Virus record (IMG/VR): IMGVR_UViG_3300038530_001055
Span: 1-30,645 of that record
Source: a virus
Taxonomy: Duplodnaviria; Caudoviricetes
Strand: one strand, 5' to 3'
DNA: 30,645 bases
Each line of letters opens with the position of its first letter. Position 1 is the first letter of the stretch. A program made the position numbers and the translations under genes. The notes below the pieces were generated by a model, which saw only the letters and a program-made list of their open reading frames with translations, ran no database searches and was not told the origin of the DNA. Below are positions 16,708-25,305 of this stretch, piece after piece.

Positions 16708-18639
16708 TTATAGCTCTTTGGTGGCGGTAATATTTCCTTGAGCGTCAACTGCTGTAATTTCAAATCTATTACCCCCTTGGGTTATTGTTTGACCAACCGT
16801 ATATCTTTGACCTTGCTGTCCTGCTGCCCCGAAGTAATTTTTAACAAATCCTTCGTATCCCATTTCTTCTATTAATTTAGAGGCAACTCCGCTCTGAGAT
16901 AGCAACCATGCTTGATCGGGTTTTATGTTTAACGATAAAAGTCTATTGTAAGAAAGCGTTTGGTCCGTTGGCCTTGAGGGAGCAGTATCAGCAGCTTTGT
17001 ATAAAGCAAAAGCCTCTAGGTCGGTCATCTCTTCACCTCTATCCTTTGCATCTGACTTAAATAGCTCTATCATTCTAAAAGCTTCAGAATCAGGTTTTAA
17101 ATTTAGAAGTTCTTTTTCTAATTCTGCCCTCATATTTTGTAGCTCGACAGCTTGTTCACCTTTTATATTCAGTAGTTTTAAGTTTTGTTCCAAAGTGTTT
17201 TGATTTATTTTTTCTCTAGACTGTATGTTTGCTAATGCTATTTTTTCTTGAGAGGTAAGTTGAGATTGAGTTTGTATTAAAGCGGTTGCAAGTCTCTTGT
17301 CTTGCATATCACTTTCATGTTGGTTCTCTGCAAGTCTTCTTTGTTCTGCTATTTTATCTGCTTTTTCTGCTGTTATCTCTGCACCAACTTCGTCTGCTGC
17401 CTGTAGAGTAAGTTCACGATCTTCTTTAGATATCTCTTTTGCTTCCTCACCAACAGCTTCAGCATATCCTTTTAATCCGAGCGCAGCACCTTTGGCAATA
17501 TTTACCATGGCATTTGGGTCATCACCTGCGGCAATCAACAAACCTGTCATTATAAGATTATAGTTAGCATCTGTTCTTATGTCTTTGGCTCTCTCTCCAA
17601 GAAGTTGTTGTAAAACAGCTTTTCTTTTTTCTATTCTTTCTTTTCGTGTACCTGTAATTCCAAAAGTTTCGTCTACGGCTTTTGCTTTAGAAGAATCAGT
17701 TTGCTGCTTTCCAGTGCCTGAAATAATTTTTAGTGCTTGGTCTATTATTTTATTGCCTGTGGTTTGAGCTAAATTAAATTCTTCTTCAGTGCTTAATGAA
17801 CCTGAATTTAAAGTGTCCACAGTTTCTTGATTAAGTATAGTGGTTGTTTCCGGAGTAGAAGAATCCTCTGACTTCTTTTTTCTTGAGGTTTTTTCAGCAT
17901 TTTTTTCAACATTCTGTTCAGGTATCTGTTCAGGTCTTGAGGTAGGACCAACTGAACTTGTAACAGAACTATCAATCATTTCCTCACTAGGCAATATCCC
18001 AAGTTGTTCAGCACCCTCTGCTATTGGAACTGAAGGTGGTTTTATGCCACCTGCGGCTTCTGCATCTCCACCCCCCATTCCTGGCCTGTACATACTAGCT
18101 GACCCTGGGTCGTAAGGTTTTTCAGTTAAAAAGTCGTATGCCTGTGCAGGAAGAGAAAGTATACCCCCTGCTATTTCTAGTGGAGAAGGAAGTTTGTCAC
18201 CTGCTCTAGTGATATTTTTTAAACCTCTAGTAATTCTAGTGTCAGTAGGTTTGTCTCTAAGGAGATTGGAATACGCTGTCTGAAAGTCAACTACAGGAGT
18301 GTTATTAGCCAAAGCAAGATTTCTTGCCTCTTCTAAATCTCGGGCACGATTTTGTGCATTTTGCAAAGCAATTGAAGCTAATTGTGCATTGGTTCCTAAA
18401 TTATTACTACCACTGGATGCTCTATTACCAGTCCCAGAAAGAGCACCACGAGCCAGAAAACTTAAAAAGTTAGGAAAACCAGCCGAAGACCGTGGACCAG
18501 GTTGTTGAGGAGATACGTTAATCCCACCAAGATTTCTTTTCTGCACCGTCTGCATCAACTGTGGTGATGATGCAAGAATACCTGCCGCTTGTCTACCAGC
18601 GTTTTTAGGTCTGAACATTTTACGGTTTCTTGGGCTCAT
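16708..18639 (-). CDS. Putative internal virion/ejection protein (643 aa)
   Basis: Basic N-terminus (RNRKMFR), low-complexity middle, long coiled-coil C-half; synteny. Confidence 0.6.
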   Translation of the reverse strand: MSPRNRKMFRPKNAGRQAAGILASSPQLMQTVQKRNLGGINVSPQQPGPRSSAGFPNFLSFLARGALSGTGNRASSGSNNLGTNAQLASIALQNAQNRARDLEEARNLALANNTPVVDFQTAYSNLLRDKPTDTRITRGLKNITRAGDKLPSPLEIAGGILSLPAQAYDFLTEKPYDPGSASMYRPGMGGGDAEAAGGIKPPSVPIAEGAEQLGILPSEEMIDSSVTSSVGPTSRPEQIPEQNVEKNAEKTSRKKKSEDSSTPETTTILNQETVDTLNSGSLSTEEEFNLAQTTGNKIIDQALKIISGTGKQQTDSSKAKAVDETFGITGTRKERIEKRKAVLQQLLGERAKDIRTDANYNLIMTGLLIAAGDDPNAMVNIAKGAALGLKGYAEAVGEEAKEISKEDRELTLQAADEVGAEITAEKADKIAEQRRLAENQHESDMQDKRLATALIQTQSQLTSQEKIALANIQSREKINQNTLEQNLKLLNIKGEQAVELQNMRAELEKELLNLKPDSEAFRMIELFKSDAKDRGEEMTDLEAFALYKAADTAPSRPTDQTLSYNRLLSLNIKPDQAWLLSQSGVASKLIEEMGYEGFVKNYFGAAGQQGQRYTVGQTITQGGNRFEITAVDAQGNITATKEL

Positions 18640-18651
18640 CTTGTATTCCTA

Positions 18652-19578
18652 TCAACTAAGTGGGTTTATACCAAAGTTAAATAAATTTCCTATGCCACCT
18701 GCTGCGCCTGCCGCACCAAGCCCAGCGATACCAAGCCCTAACAACTGTGAACCAAGGCTCGGGTCTGGTGTTGAAGTGATCGTGGATGTTTGTTGTGTGG
18801 ACGGAACGCCCCTGAATATATCAGACAAGAATGACAGCGACTGAAAAGGAAGCCCTTGTAATGCCATCAAGTTGGATTGCTCTGCGGTTAGCTGTGCCTG
18901 ACCCGGAGTAAACACCCCTGTTGTTGGGTCGGTAGAACCAAACTGTTGAGTCAACGCTCCAAGTCCAAGGGCTGTGTTTATATCCTGTGTGCCAAGTTGT
19001 TTTGCTGCTGTTCCTAACTGACCTGAAAGTTGTGCCTGACGCAACTGTTGCTGTGCTGCTTGTTGCGCGGCCTGTTGTGCTTGTTGAAACCCTGCGGAGC
19101 GAAGTGCGGAACCTGTTCTAGCTTGTTGCTCTAACACATTACGACCTAACTCTGCTTCTGCAACAGCCTGCCTCGAGCCACCAAACGCTCCACTTCTTGC
19201 AGCTTGACCGCCAATTGTCTGTTGTGCGATGTCACCTTGACGAGCGATATCTTTGTACTGTTGCTGAATTACGTCTTCCATGTAAGGATCCATGAAAGCC
19301 CGATAGGATTCTGGTGTAATGGTGGCACCCTGTGCCCCTGCTATTCCAGAACTTAACGCACCAGCAGCTTCTTGCATCAAAGGTTGGAAAGAACCGATTC
19401 CTGCCATTCCAGCTTGAATTGCTTGTTGTTGTTGTGGAGACAACCCTGCAATCTGCGTAGGTGCAAAAGGCATTGTGCTACCAGCAGTTAAAGTTTCAGC
19501 CGATTTTAATAAATTAGCAAGAAAGTCCTCTTGATATTTTGGAAGTCTAGCTGTTTGTTCTACTCTTTGTACTGCCAT
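18652..19578 (-). CDS. Gln/Ala/Gly-rich DNA pilot/ejection protein (308 aa)
   Basis: FMDPY, GAFGGSR motif, Gln-rich helices, Gly-rich hydrophobic C-terminus. Confidence 0.65.
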   Translation of the reverse strand: MAVQRVEQTARLPKYQEDFLANLLKSAETLTAGSTMPFAPTQIAGLSPQQQQAIQAGMAGIGSFQPLMQEAAGALSSGIAGAQGATITPESYRAFMDPYMEDVIQQQYKDIARQGDIAQQTIGGQAARSGAFGGSRQAVAEAELGRNVLEQQARTGSALRSAGFQQAQQAAQQAAQQQLRQAQLSGQLGTAAKQLGTQDINTALGLGALTQQFGSTDPTTGVFTPGQAQLTAEQSNLMALQGLPFQSLSFLSDIFRGVPSTQQTSTITSTPDPSLGSQLLGLGIAGLGAAGAAGGIGNLFNFGINPLS

Positions 19579-20390
19579 TATGCCACCGCTGTCTGTTCTA
19601 GTTCTGCCATCATGTCATACAATCTAGCAGCACCTACGTTTCTGTCACCGCCACCTGCATTTTTAACTGCCTTTGCAGTTAATACAAACTCACCATCCGA
19701 TAGTCTAGCTGGTACTGAATCCGAGGTCCCTGTTCCGGGGCCCGTGACTTCACCGCCACCCATGTGCTCACCACCGTCCTTATAATTATATCTTTGTCTG
19801 ATTATATCATCATATGTAAAGTCTGGCGACTGTATTTTTGTCTGCTCTGCTCTGTAGCGTGCTAAATCATCAGGATCGTTAATTTCATAGACCTCTCCGG
19901 TCAATGGTCCAGTGACCGTGCCGAATGCTTCACCTTCAGGTTCTGCCTGCGCTGGAACTAAGTTGTCCTCTTCTTTTTCTTGCTCACCAGCAAACAAAGA
20001 AGAACCCAAGGCTAACGCTCCAATACCCAGTGCTCCTTTATCGATAGGAATTGCCGTTGCATCTGAACCAATCCCAAGAAAATCTTGTATTCTTTCTTCA
20101 CGACCAGCCCCCTCAAAAACCTCCATGTTACGCCCAGGTATAAATCCTTTAATACCGCCCTTACCAGGAGTTGCAGCTTTTCCAAAACCAAAGGCACTAC
20201 CAACTTTGCCTACACCATATCCTATGGCTGCATTTTTCATGGCATCTTCGATATCTCTGCCTTGAGCAAGAGTTCCAATCCCAGAGCCAAACGCAGCACC
20301 AATAGGACCAGCATAGGCCATGCCTATTGTGCCTCCTATCAAAGGTAGTGCTTCGCTTACTGCATCTTTGAACTTAGAAAATAATCCCAT
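19578..20390 (-). CDS. Putative ejection protein with Gly-zipper N-terminus and GPGTGTSDSVPARLSDGEFV motif
   Basis: Hydrophobic GxxxG segments; C-terminal motif also known from tape-measure-type proteins. Confidence 0.6.
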   Translation of the reverse strand: MGLFSKFKDAVSEALPLIGGTIGMAYAGPIGAAFGSGIGTLAQGRDIEDAMKNAAIGYGVGKVGSAFGFGKAATPGKGGIKGFIPGRNMEVFEGAGREERIQDFLGIGSDATAIPIDKGALGIGALALGSSLFAGEQEKEEDNLVPAQAEPEGEAFGTVTGPLTGEVYEINDPDDLARYRAEQTKIQSPDFTYDDIIRQRYNYKDGGEHMGGGEVTGPGTGTSDSVPARLSDGEFVLTAKAVKNAGGGDRNVGAARLYDMMAELEQTAVA

Positions 20391-20617
20391 TATGTCACTA
20401 TCTTAACAGTTCCGTTATCATTAAACAATGCTCCAGTTTCTAACCCAACAGAAGATGTGGGTAAATCTGTAAGCGTAATTTTAGTTCCTCTAAGTTCACC
20501 TGGGTTTCTCATCTGTACCACAAGTTGAGATAAACTGCGAACAACATCATCAAAATAAGCACGGTCATATTCTTCTGGGGGCAAAGCAAACTGTATTGGA
20601 GCTAATTCTCTACTCAT
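20390..20617 (-). CDS. Small virion protein (75 aa), possible tail plug/needle
   Basis: Coupled to the gp10-like gene; P.EYD...helix, LPTS..GL..G.L.ND.G.VKI ending. Confidence 0.6.
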   Translation of the reverse strand: MSRELAPIQFALPPEEYDRAYFDDVVRSLSQLVVQMRNPGELRGTKITLTDLPTSSVGLETGALFNDNGTVKIVT

Positions 20618-22242
20618 CTTCTACCATCGCCTCTTATATCTATTCTTGTTGAACCAAGTCTCCAGTTAACACCTGTATTGTTTGATTGTACTTTCAAGCC
20701 CAAAGAACGTGCTCTAACTCTAGTATGCGTTTGGCCGCTTGTATTTGTTACAGTAAACGTATCTGTTGTTGTAAATGTCTCATTAGGAGAATTTCTACGT
20801 TTCAGTGTAAACGTAGCTTCTTTGGTTGCACCCGTATCAGAGTTAGAAAAGTCTACATCTGCTATCATCCTGCGTACAAAAGAAAACTGTTCGCCATCAC
20901 CTATATCTATAGGAGCAGAATCAATAAACGCCACTAGCGCAGCACCATCGGCATCATTACCAAACTCATGTGTGTATAATTGTCTTGCAGCAACAGAGTC
21001 TGTATCATGTGTAGCACCAAATGGATACTCATAAATGCCTCTGTCAAGCCATGCAGAACGCGCTAAGTTTCCGATATACCAGACCTTCTCTTCATAGTTG
21101 TAAACAACATATCGGTCATTTTCACCTGTGCCACCGGATTCAGACGGATAATACCATACCACCTCACCATAGGCAGAGTTTCTACCAGCGATAACTTTTT
21201 GAGAGTTAGCTGCATCAAAGTCATTGAACACATGGTCTTTTACAGTGCAAGGTATCGGTTGCACACGACCATCATACAAGTAAAATCTATCCACACCCAT
21301 CCAGAACACAGCGTCATTAATAGCTACCGCAGCATTTATACCTCTTATAGTTGTACCTTCTGCTATCTGTGATATGCCAAATGTAAAAGGCGGTCCTAAA
21401 AACTGCATCGAGTGTACGCTTGTATCTGTCAACACAATTATCTCACGCCTTGTCTCAACGGCTTGGACAATCTCAGAGCCACTACCAACTCTTAAATCAC
21501 CAGCCGTATTTGTGGCAGTAGGAGTCCAATCAAACGGATTCTCTTGGTCACTAAAACGTATGAGCAGTGGGTCAAGATCCGTGCTGTTTAAAGGCGTGGT
21601 TCCAAATACAATAACGTGCCTGTCTCTGTCAGAAACGAGAACCTCTCTGCTTTTTGTTGGCGCAGCAGAGGTATAGCTATCAAGGGAACGTGGTCTTGTG
21701 TTAAACCCTAACGTTTTATCCCAATAGTATAATTGTCCGTTTCTTGGTAATAAAATTAAGTCTTCCCCAAAGTTGTCTTGTTGCCATAGACGTAACTGAG
21801 TTGAGAGCGTAACAGCCTCACTTGCTGCATCGCCCCAACCATCTGCACCCCAAGGTCCTGCACCCCAGCCCGTACCTAAAAGCTGTGTGACGCTGCCTTT
21901 GTTTAACATGAAGTCAGCATCGGCAGCCCCTACAAGTCGTAAGTCAGTGCCAGTGGCAGATGCAACATTTACTGTAAATGTATTTGTCCCTGTAACTGTT
22001 ATTTCTAGATTGTTTTCTAACTGTGTTACAAGAGAAGGACTTGCCCCTCCAAAAGTGACGTTTGAGAAAGTAACAAAATCCCCAGACACACACCCATGTG
22101 ATGCGTTTTCAACTTCAACTAAAGTGCTAGACGCAGATGTAGTAAATCTTATGTCACCCCCAGTGTTTGTTTGAAACAAAGGCAAGCCATCTGTGCGACC
22201 AGTAGCTGTAACACCTGTAACTGTAACACTAATATCTGCCAT
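20614..22242 (-). CDS. Tail hub / packaged-DNA stabilisation protein (P22 gp10-like), C-terminal part
   Basis: Beta-propeller-like motifs GWGAGPWG, LWQQDNFGEDL, IRFSDQE, WTPTATNTAG, FWMG..RFYLYDG, EVVWYYPS, WRLG..R.D...DGRR. Confidence 0.75.
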   Translation of the reverse strand: MADISVTVTGVTATGRTDGLPLFQTNTGGDIRFTTSASSTLVEVENASHGCVSGDFVTFSNVTFGGASPSLVTQLENNLEITVTGTNTFTVNVASATGTDLRLVGAADADFMLNKGSVTQLLGTGWGAGPWGADGWGDAASEAVTLSTQLRLWQQDNFGEDLILLPRNGQLYYWDKTLGFNTRPRSLDSYTSAAPTKSREVLVSDRDRHVIVFGTTPLNSTDLDPLLIRFSDQENPFDWTPTATNTAGDLRVGSGSEIVQAVETRREIIVLTDTSVHSMQFLGPPFTFGISQIAEGTTIRGINAAVAINDAVFWMGVDRFYLYDGRVQPIPCTVKDHVFNDFDAANSQKVIAGRNSAYGEVVWYYPSESGGTGENDRYVVYNYEEKVWYIGNLARSAWLDRGIYEYPFGATHDTDSVAARQLYTHEFGNDADGAALVAFIDSAPIDIGDGEQFSFVRRMIADVDFSNSDTGATKEATFTLKRRNSPNETFTTTDTFTVTNTSGQTHTRVRARSLGLKVQSNNTGVNWRLGSTRIDIRGDGRR

Positions 22243-22796
22243 TAATCACCTACAACCACCACATCATCTGCTTCGACAGTTACTGTTCCAAGAGCACTTG
22301 TCATACCTAATGGTCTTTCACTTTCTGGACCTACATAACTAAGTGTTCCTAATTCAGAGGTGGACGCAACACCATCTACAAGCATTGTTAGGTCTGTTCC
22401 TGACGCTGCACCAGCACTAGCAACGTCTGTAATAATTAAGGTTGTCACTGTTCCAACGCTTGTTGTTCCTGACAAACTAGTGCCTGTCATAACAAAAGGC
22501 TGTCTTACTGTTCGTCTTACAGGCGTAATATCGTTATATGCACCGCCTGACTCAATGTAATATTTAACATTTGTGCCAACAGACAAGTATCTGTCTCCAG
22601 CTAGGGTAATCCATGCGTGTAATGTTCTGGGTGTACCAAGATAAGTGCTACTTGTGTATTTAGTCCAACCACCTATTTTCTCTGGATAACCAAAACGAAA
22701 TCGTATCTTGTCTCCGTCAATCCAACCACCTTCGTTAGAGTATTCAGATATCTCTTTGTTTATTCCTGGTCTAAACTGTAATTTGGTTAAAGGCAT
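22242..22796 (-). CDS. Tail hub (gp10-like) protein, N-terminal part with a Thr/Gly/Val-rich extension
   Basis: MPLTKLQFRPGINKE...GGWIDGDKIRFRFGYPEKIGGW...YNDITP is the usual N-terminus of this family; TAATG coupling to the next ORF. Confidence 0.7.
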   Translation of the reverse strand: MPLTKLQFRPGINKEISEYSNEGGWIDGDKIRFRFGYPEKIGGWTKYTSSTYLGTPRTLHAWITLAGDRYLSVGTNVKYYIESGGAYNDITPVRRTVRQPFVMTGTSLSGTTSVGTVTTLIITDVASAGAASGTDLTMLVDGVASTSELGTLSYVGPESERPLGMTSALGTVTVEADDVVVVGD

Positions 22797-24412
22797 TAAG
22801 AGAAGTCCTCCGTGCCATAAAAATTAGTAAGACTAATCGCACCAGATTCAGGTATATTACCATTTAACGCCTGTGCATTAGCTATTTGATATTGAATAGT
22901 AAAGTTGCCACTAGGTTCGGCTAATGCTTCGTTATTTGTACCACCATCAGGTATAGTTGTAGTGGTCACTCCAGAACCTGATATTGTTACAGGAAAACCC
23001 GTGTTATTTGTGAAATTAAACAACGATGTCGTAGAATTAGTTAGCGTTTGTGAACCAAAAGTGCTATTGCCTGTATTTCTAGATGGTGCTGAACTAGCAC
23101 CTGGAGAAAAGTCAAGCACTGTATCGGCTGATGGTGTTCCTATCACAGTTATAGAAATACTCACTTGAGCATTTAGAGCGTGTCTTCCACCACCTCTGGC
23201 TAAATCAGAAACAGCTAATAACGGTTGACCCGTAAACGAACCTCCTTGACTAACGCCATTATAAAATGTGCCTGCATCTCTGTTTGTAGCAGCATTAGAT
23301 GACCCAGTTGCGCTCACACTTACTCCAACTGTTACACCGCTATCGGCTCTATCAGAACCCATTCTATATCCACCATATGCAAGGCTCTTGTTGTAAGCAG
23401 AACCACCTATCATATTCCAAACCACTTTAGCAGTGAAGTTATAATAAACACCAGAAGTCAATGTAACTGTTTGAGCAGTGTTTGTATTACTAAGTCCTGA
23501 AGCATTACTTGCAATTTTTGTACACGTTAGACCTGTAATACCACCAAAGTTATTTACTGGTGAGTCACCCGTAGGAGGAGCAGTAGTTGCTGTTTGATCA
23601 TTACTTACAGGAGTATAAGAACAGGTATATTGATTGTTTGAATCAGGAAAAGCTCCTGTTAACGTACCTCCAACTTGAACAGTGTTTGTAGCATTTCCTG
23701 TTATATTAACGGCATACGCAGAATTATTTGTAAATAATGTACCATCATCTCGCACCACTGTTACTGCTTGACCGTCTGATCCAGGATTTACTCTTACATA
23801 AGCAGTCATGTATTGTAGTACTGGATTAAGATTACCAGATATAGAAGTTAAATCTAAAACCCCTGCACCTGTAATATTAGTTGTAAAAAAACTAGTTTCA
23901 CTTGTTTGTGAATTAACACCTGGGTCTGACCCTTGCACACTAAAGCCAGTGTTAGTTACAGTGGCATGACCAGGGTTATCCCCTTGTCTTGTTATCGGGC
24001 TGGTACTAATTGTTCCACTCGTGTAAGTGCCAGTCACTCTACTGGTTTGTCCACCAGCATTTTTAACATAAACCTCAAGAATATCATTTGCTTCATAACT
24101 ATAGGTGCTATTTAAAGCTAATGTTCTATCTGCTGCATCATTACTAGCGATATAAATTAAAGCTCTACCATTACCATCAGTAGATAATGTCGTTAAATCA
24201 GCCGATAAAGTTAAACCTGTAACACCAGCAAAATTAGACACAGGAGTATTATTAGAAGGTGCATTAGTAGCACTGGTAGTTACAACTTCAGTGTCAGATA
24301 CATTTGATCCACCTCGATAAAATGATTTTAGGCTTCTCGCACCAGAAGTAACACCAAACTCATTTGCTATTTGAATAAGACTTATTGCCCCTGTCTGCGG
24401 AAGTGCTGACAT
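22796..24412 (-). CDS. Putative fibre-tip adhesin / receptor-binding protein (538 aa)
   Basis: LPxxGAISL..I..EFG...FYRGG N-terminus and IPESGAISLTNFYG C-terminus; Thr/Ser/Gly/Asn-rich beta composition; follows the tail fibre gene. Confidence 0.65.
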   Translation of the reverse strand: MSALPQTGAISLIQIANEFGVTSGARSLKSFYRGGSNVSDTEVVTTSATNAPSNNTPVSNFAGVTGLTLSADLTTLSTDGNGRALIYIASNDAADRTLALNSTYSYEANDILEVYVKNAGGQTSRVTGTYTSGTISTSPITRQGDNPGHATVTNTGFSVQGSDPGVNSQTSETSFFTTNITGAGVLDLTSISGNLNPVLQYMTAYVRVNPGSDGQAVTVVRDDGTLFTNNSAYAVNITGNATNTVQVGGTLTGAFPDSNNQYTCSYTPVSNDQTATTAPPTGDSPVNNFGGITGLTCTKIASNASGLSNTNTAQTVTLTSGVYYNFTAKVVWNMIGGSAYNKSLAYGGYRMGSDRADSGVTVGVSVSATGSSNAATNRDAGTFYNGVSQGGSFTGQPLLAVSDLARGGGRHALNAQVSISITVIGTPSADTVLDFSPGASSAPSRNTGNSTFGSQTLTNSTTSLFNFTNNTGFPVTISGSGVTTTTIPDGGTNNEALAEPSGNFTIQYQIANAQALNGNIPESGAISLTNFYGTEDFS

Positions 24413-25305
24413 TACAATGATCCTGAAGCTGTTACATCACCCACAACAGTAAGATTGCCATTCGTATCTAATTTCATCTTTGCACTGCCATTATTCTCAA
24501 AAATTAAATTACCACTGGTTAGCTTTATTACCCAGTTATTTTCACCAACAGCATCCGTAGCATCAAGAGCAGTGTTAAAAACAATATTTGGGACACCAAC
24601 AAAACCTGTGTTATCTGGAGCAAGAGAAATGTTGCCATTTGCTCCATCCACTATCGTCATACTTCCTGTCGTAGCATTACCTGTCTTTAGTATAAGATTA
24701 TTATTTCCATTACTAGCAATGTTTGCAGCAGCATCACTATCGCCCACTCTAACAGTATCTGCATCAAGCTGCACATCTCCTGTACCGTTTGGTGATATAA
24801 CTACGTTTCCGTTGCTTGCGCTTGTTATGTTTTGACCATTAACGTCTAGGGCCGTTGTGAGTTTACTAAGCTCCACTTTTCTAACAATCGCATCTTCTGC
24901 ATTACCGTCAGCATATATCCAAGCTATTTCTCCAGGAACAACGGTAACTTCACGGCCAGTGCCTCCATCACCTTGCAAAAATTTTAAATTTTGACCACCA
25001 GAAGTATTGTTAAAGATTATATATACTTTAGCAGCCGTATTTGGGGAAATCGTAACTGTGTGTTCAGCATTTAATGATCCTGTGTATTGAAACACCCTAA
25101 ACATCCCATCAGTTAAAGCACCAGTATTAGTATCTGTGTTAATTGAACTAGAAGGAGAATTTGTTGTTAAAGCTATGTTTTTAACGCCACTCAAAGCTCT
25201 ATCAATGATTTCAAAATTTTCGTTAGTTGTGGTACCCCATGTGCCTGATTGTTCTCCTACACCAGGCTGTTCAATACCCGTATTAGTTGTAAATGTACTT
25301 GCCAT
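24412..25305 (-). CDS. Tail fibre protein (297 aa)
   Basis: GEQSGTWGTTTNxN N-terminal anchor, repeated NGN.V.I.P.GTG fibre units, MKLDTNGNLTVVGDVTA C-terminus. Confidence 0.75.
   Translation of the reverse strand: MASTFTTNTGIEQPGVGEQSGTWGTTTNENFEIIDRALSGVKNIALTTNSPSSSINTDTNTGALTDGMFRVFQYTGSLNAEHTVTISPNTAAKVYIIFNNTSGGQNLKFLQGDGGTGREVTVVPGEIAWIYADGNAEDAIVRKVELSKLTTALDVNGQNITSASNGNVVISPNGTGDVQLDADTVRVGDSDAAANIASNGNNNLILKTGNATTGSMTIVDGANGNISLAPDNTGFVGVPNIVFNTALDATDAVGENNWVIKLTSGNLIFENNGSAKMKLDTNGNLTVVGDVTASGSL

Noticed and set aside
4024-19178. CTCGAG seems to occur often
   Set aside because: Impression only; needs a k-mer count against a codon-aware null and may reflect Leu-Glu codon pairs
22236-22262. 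Programmed -1 frameshift fusing the two gp10-like ORFs
   Set aside because: No X XXY YYZ slippery heptamer before the stop; TAATG plus an SD-like AGGTGA fits re-initiation better
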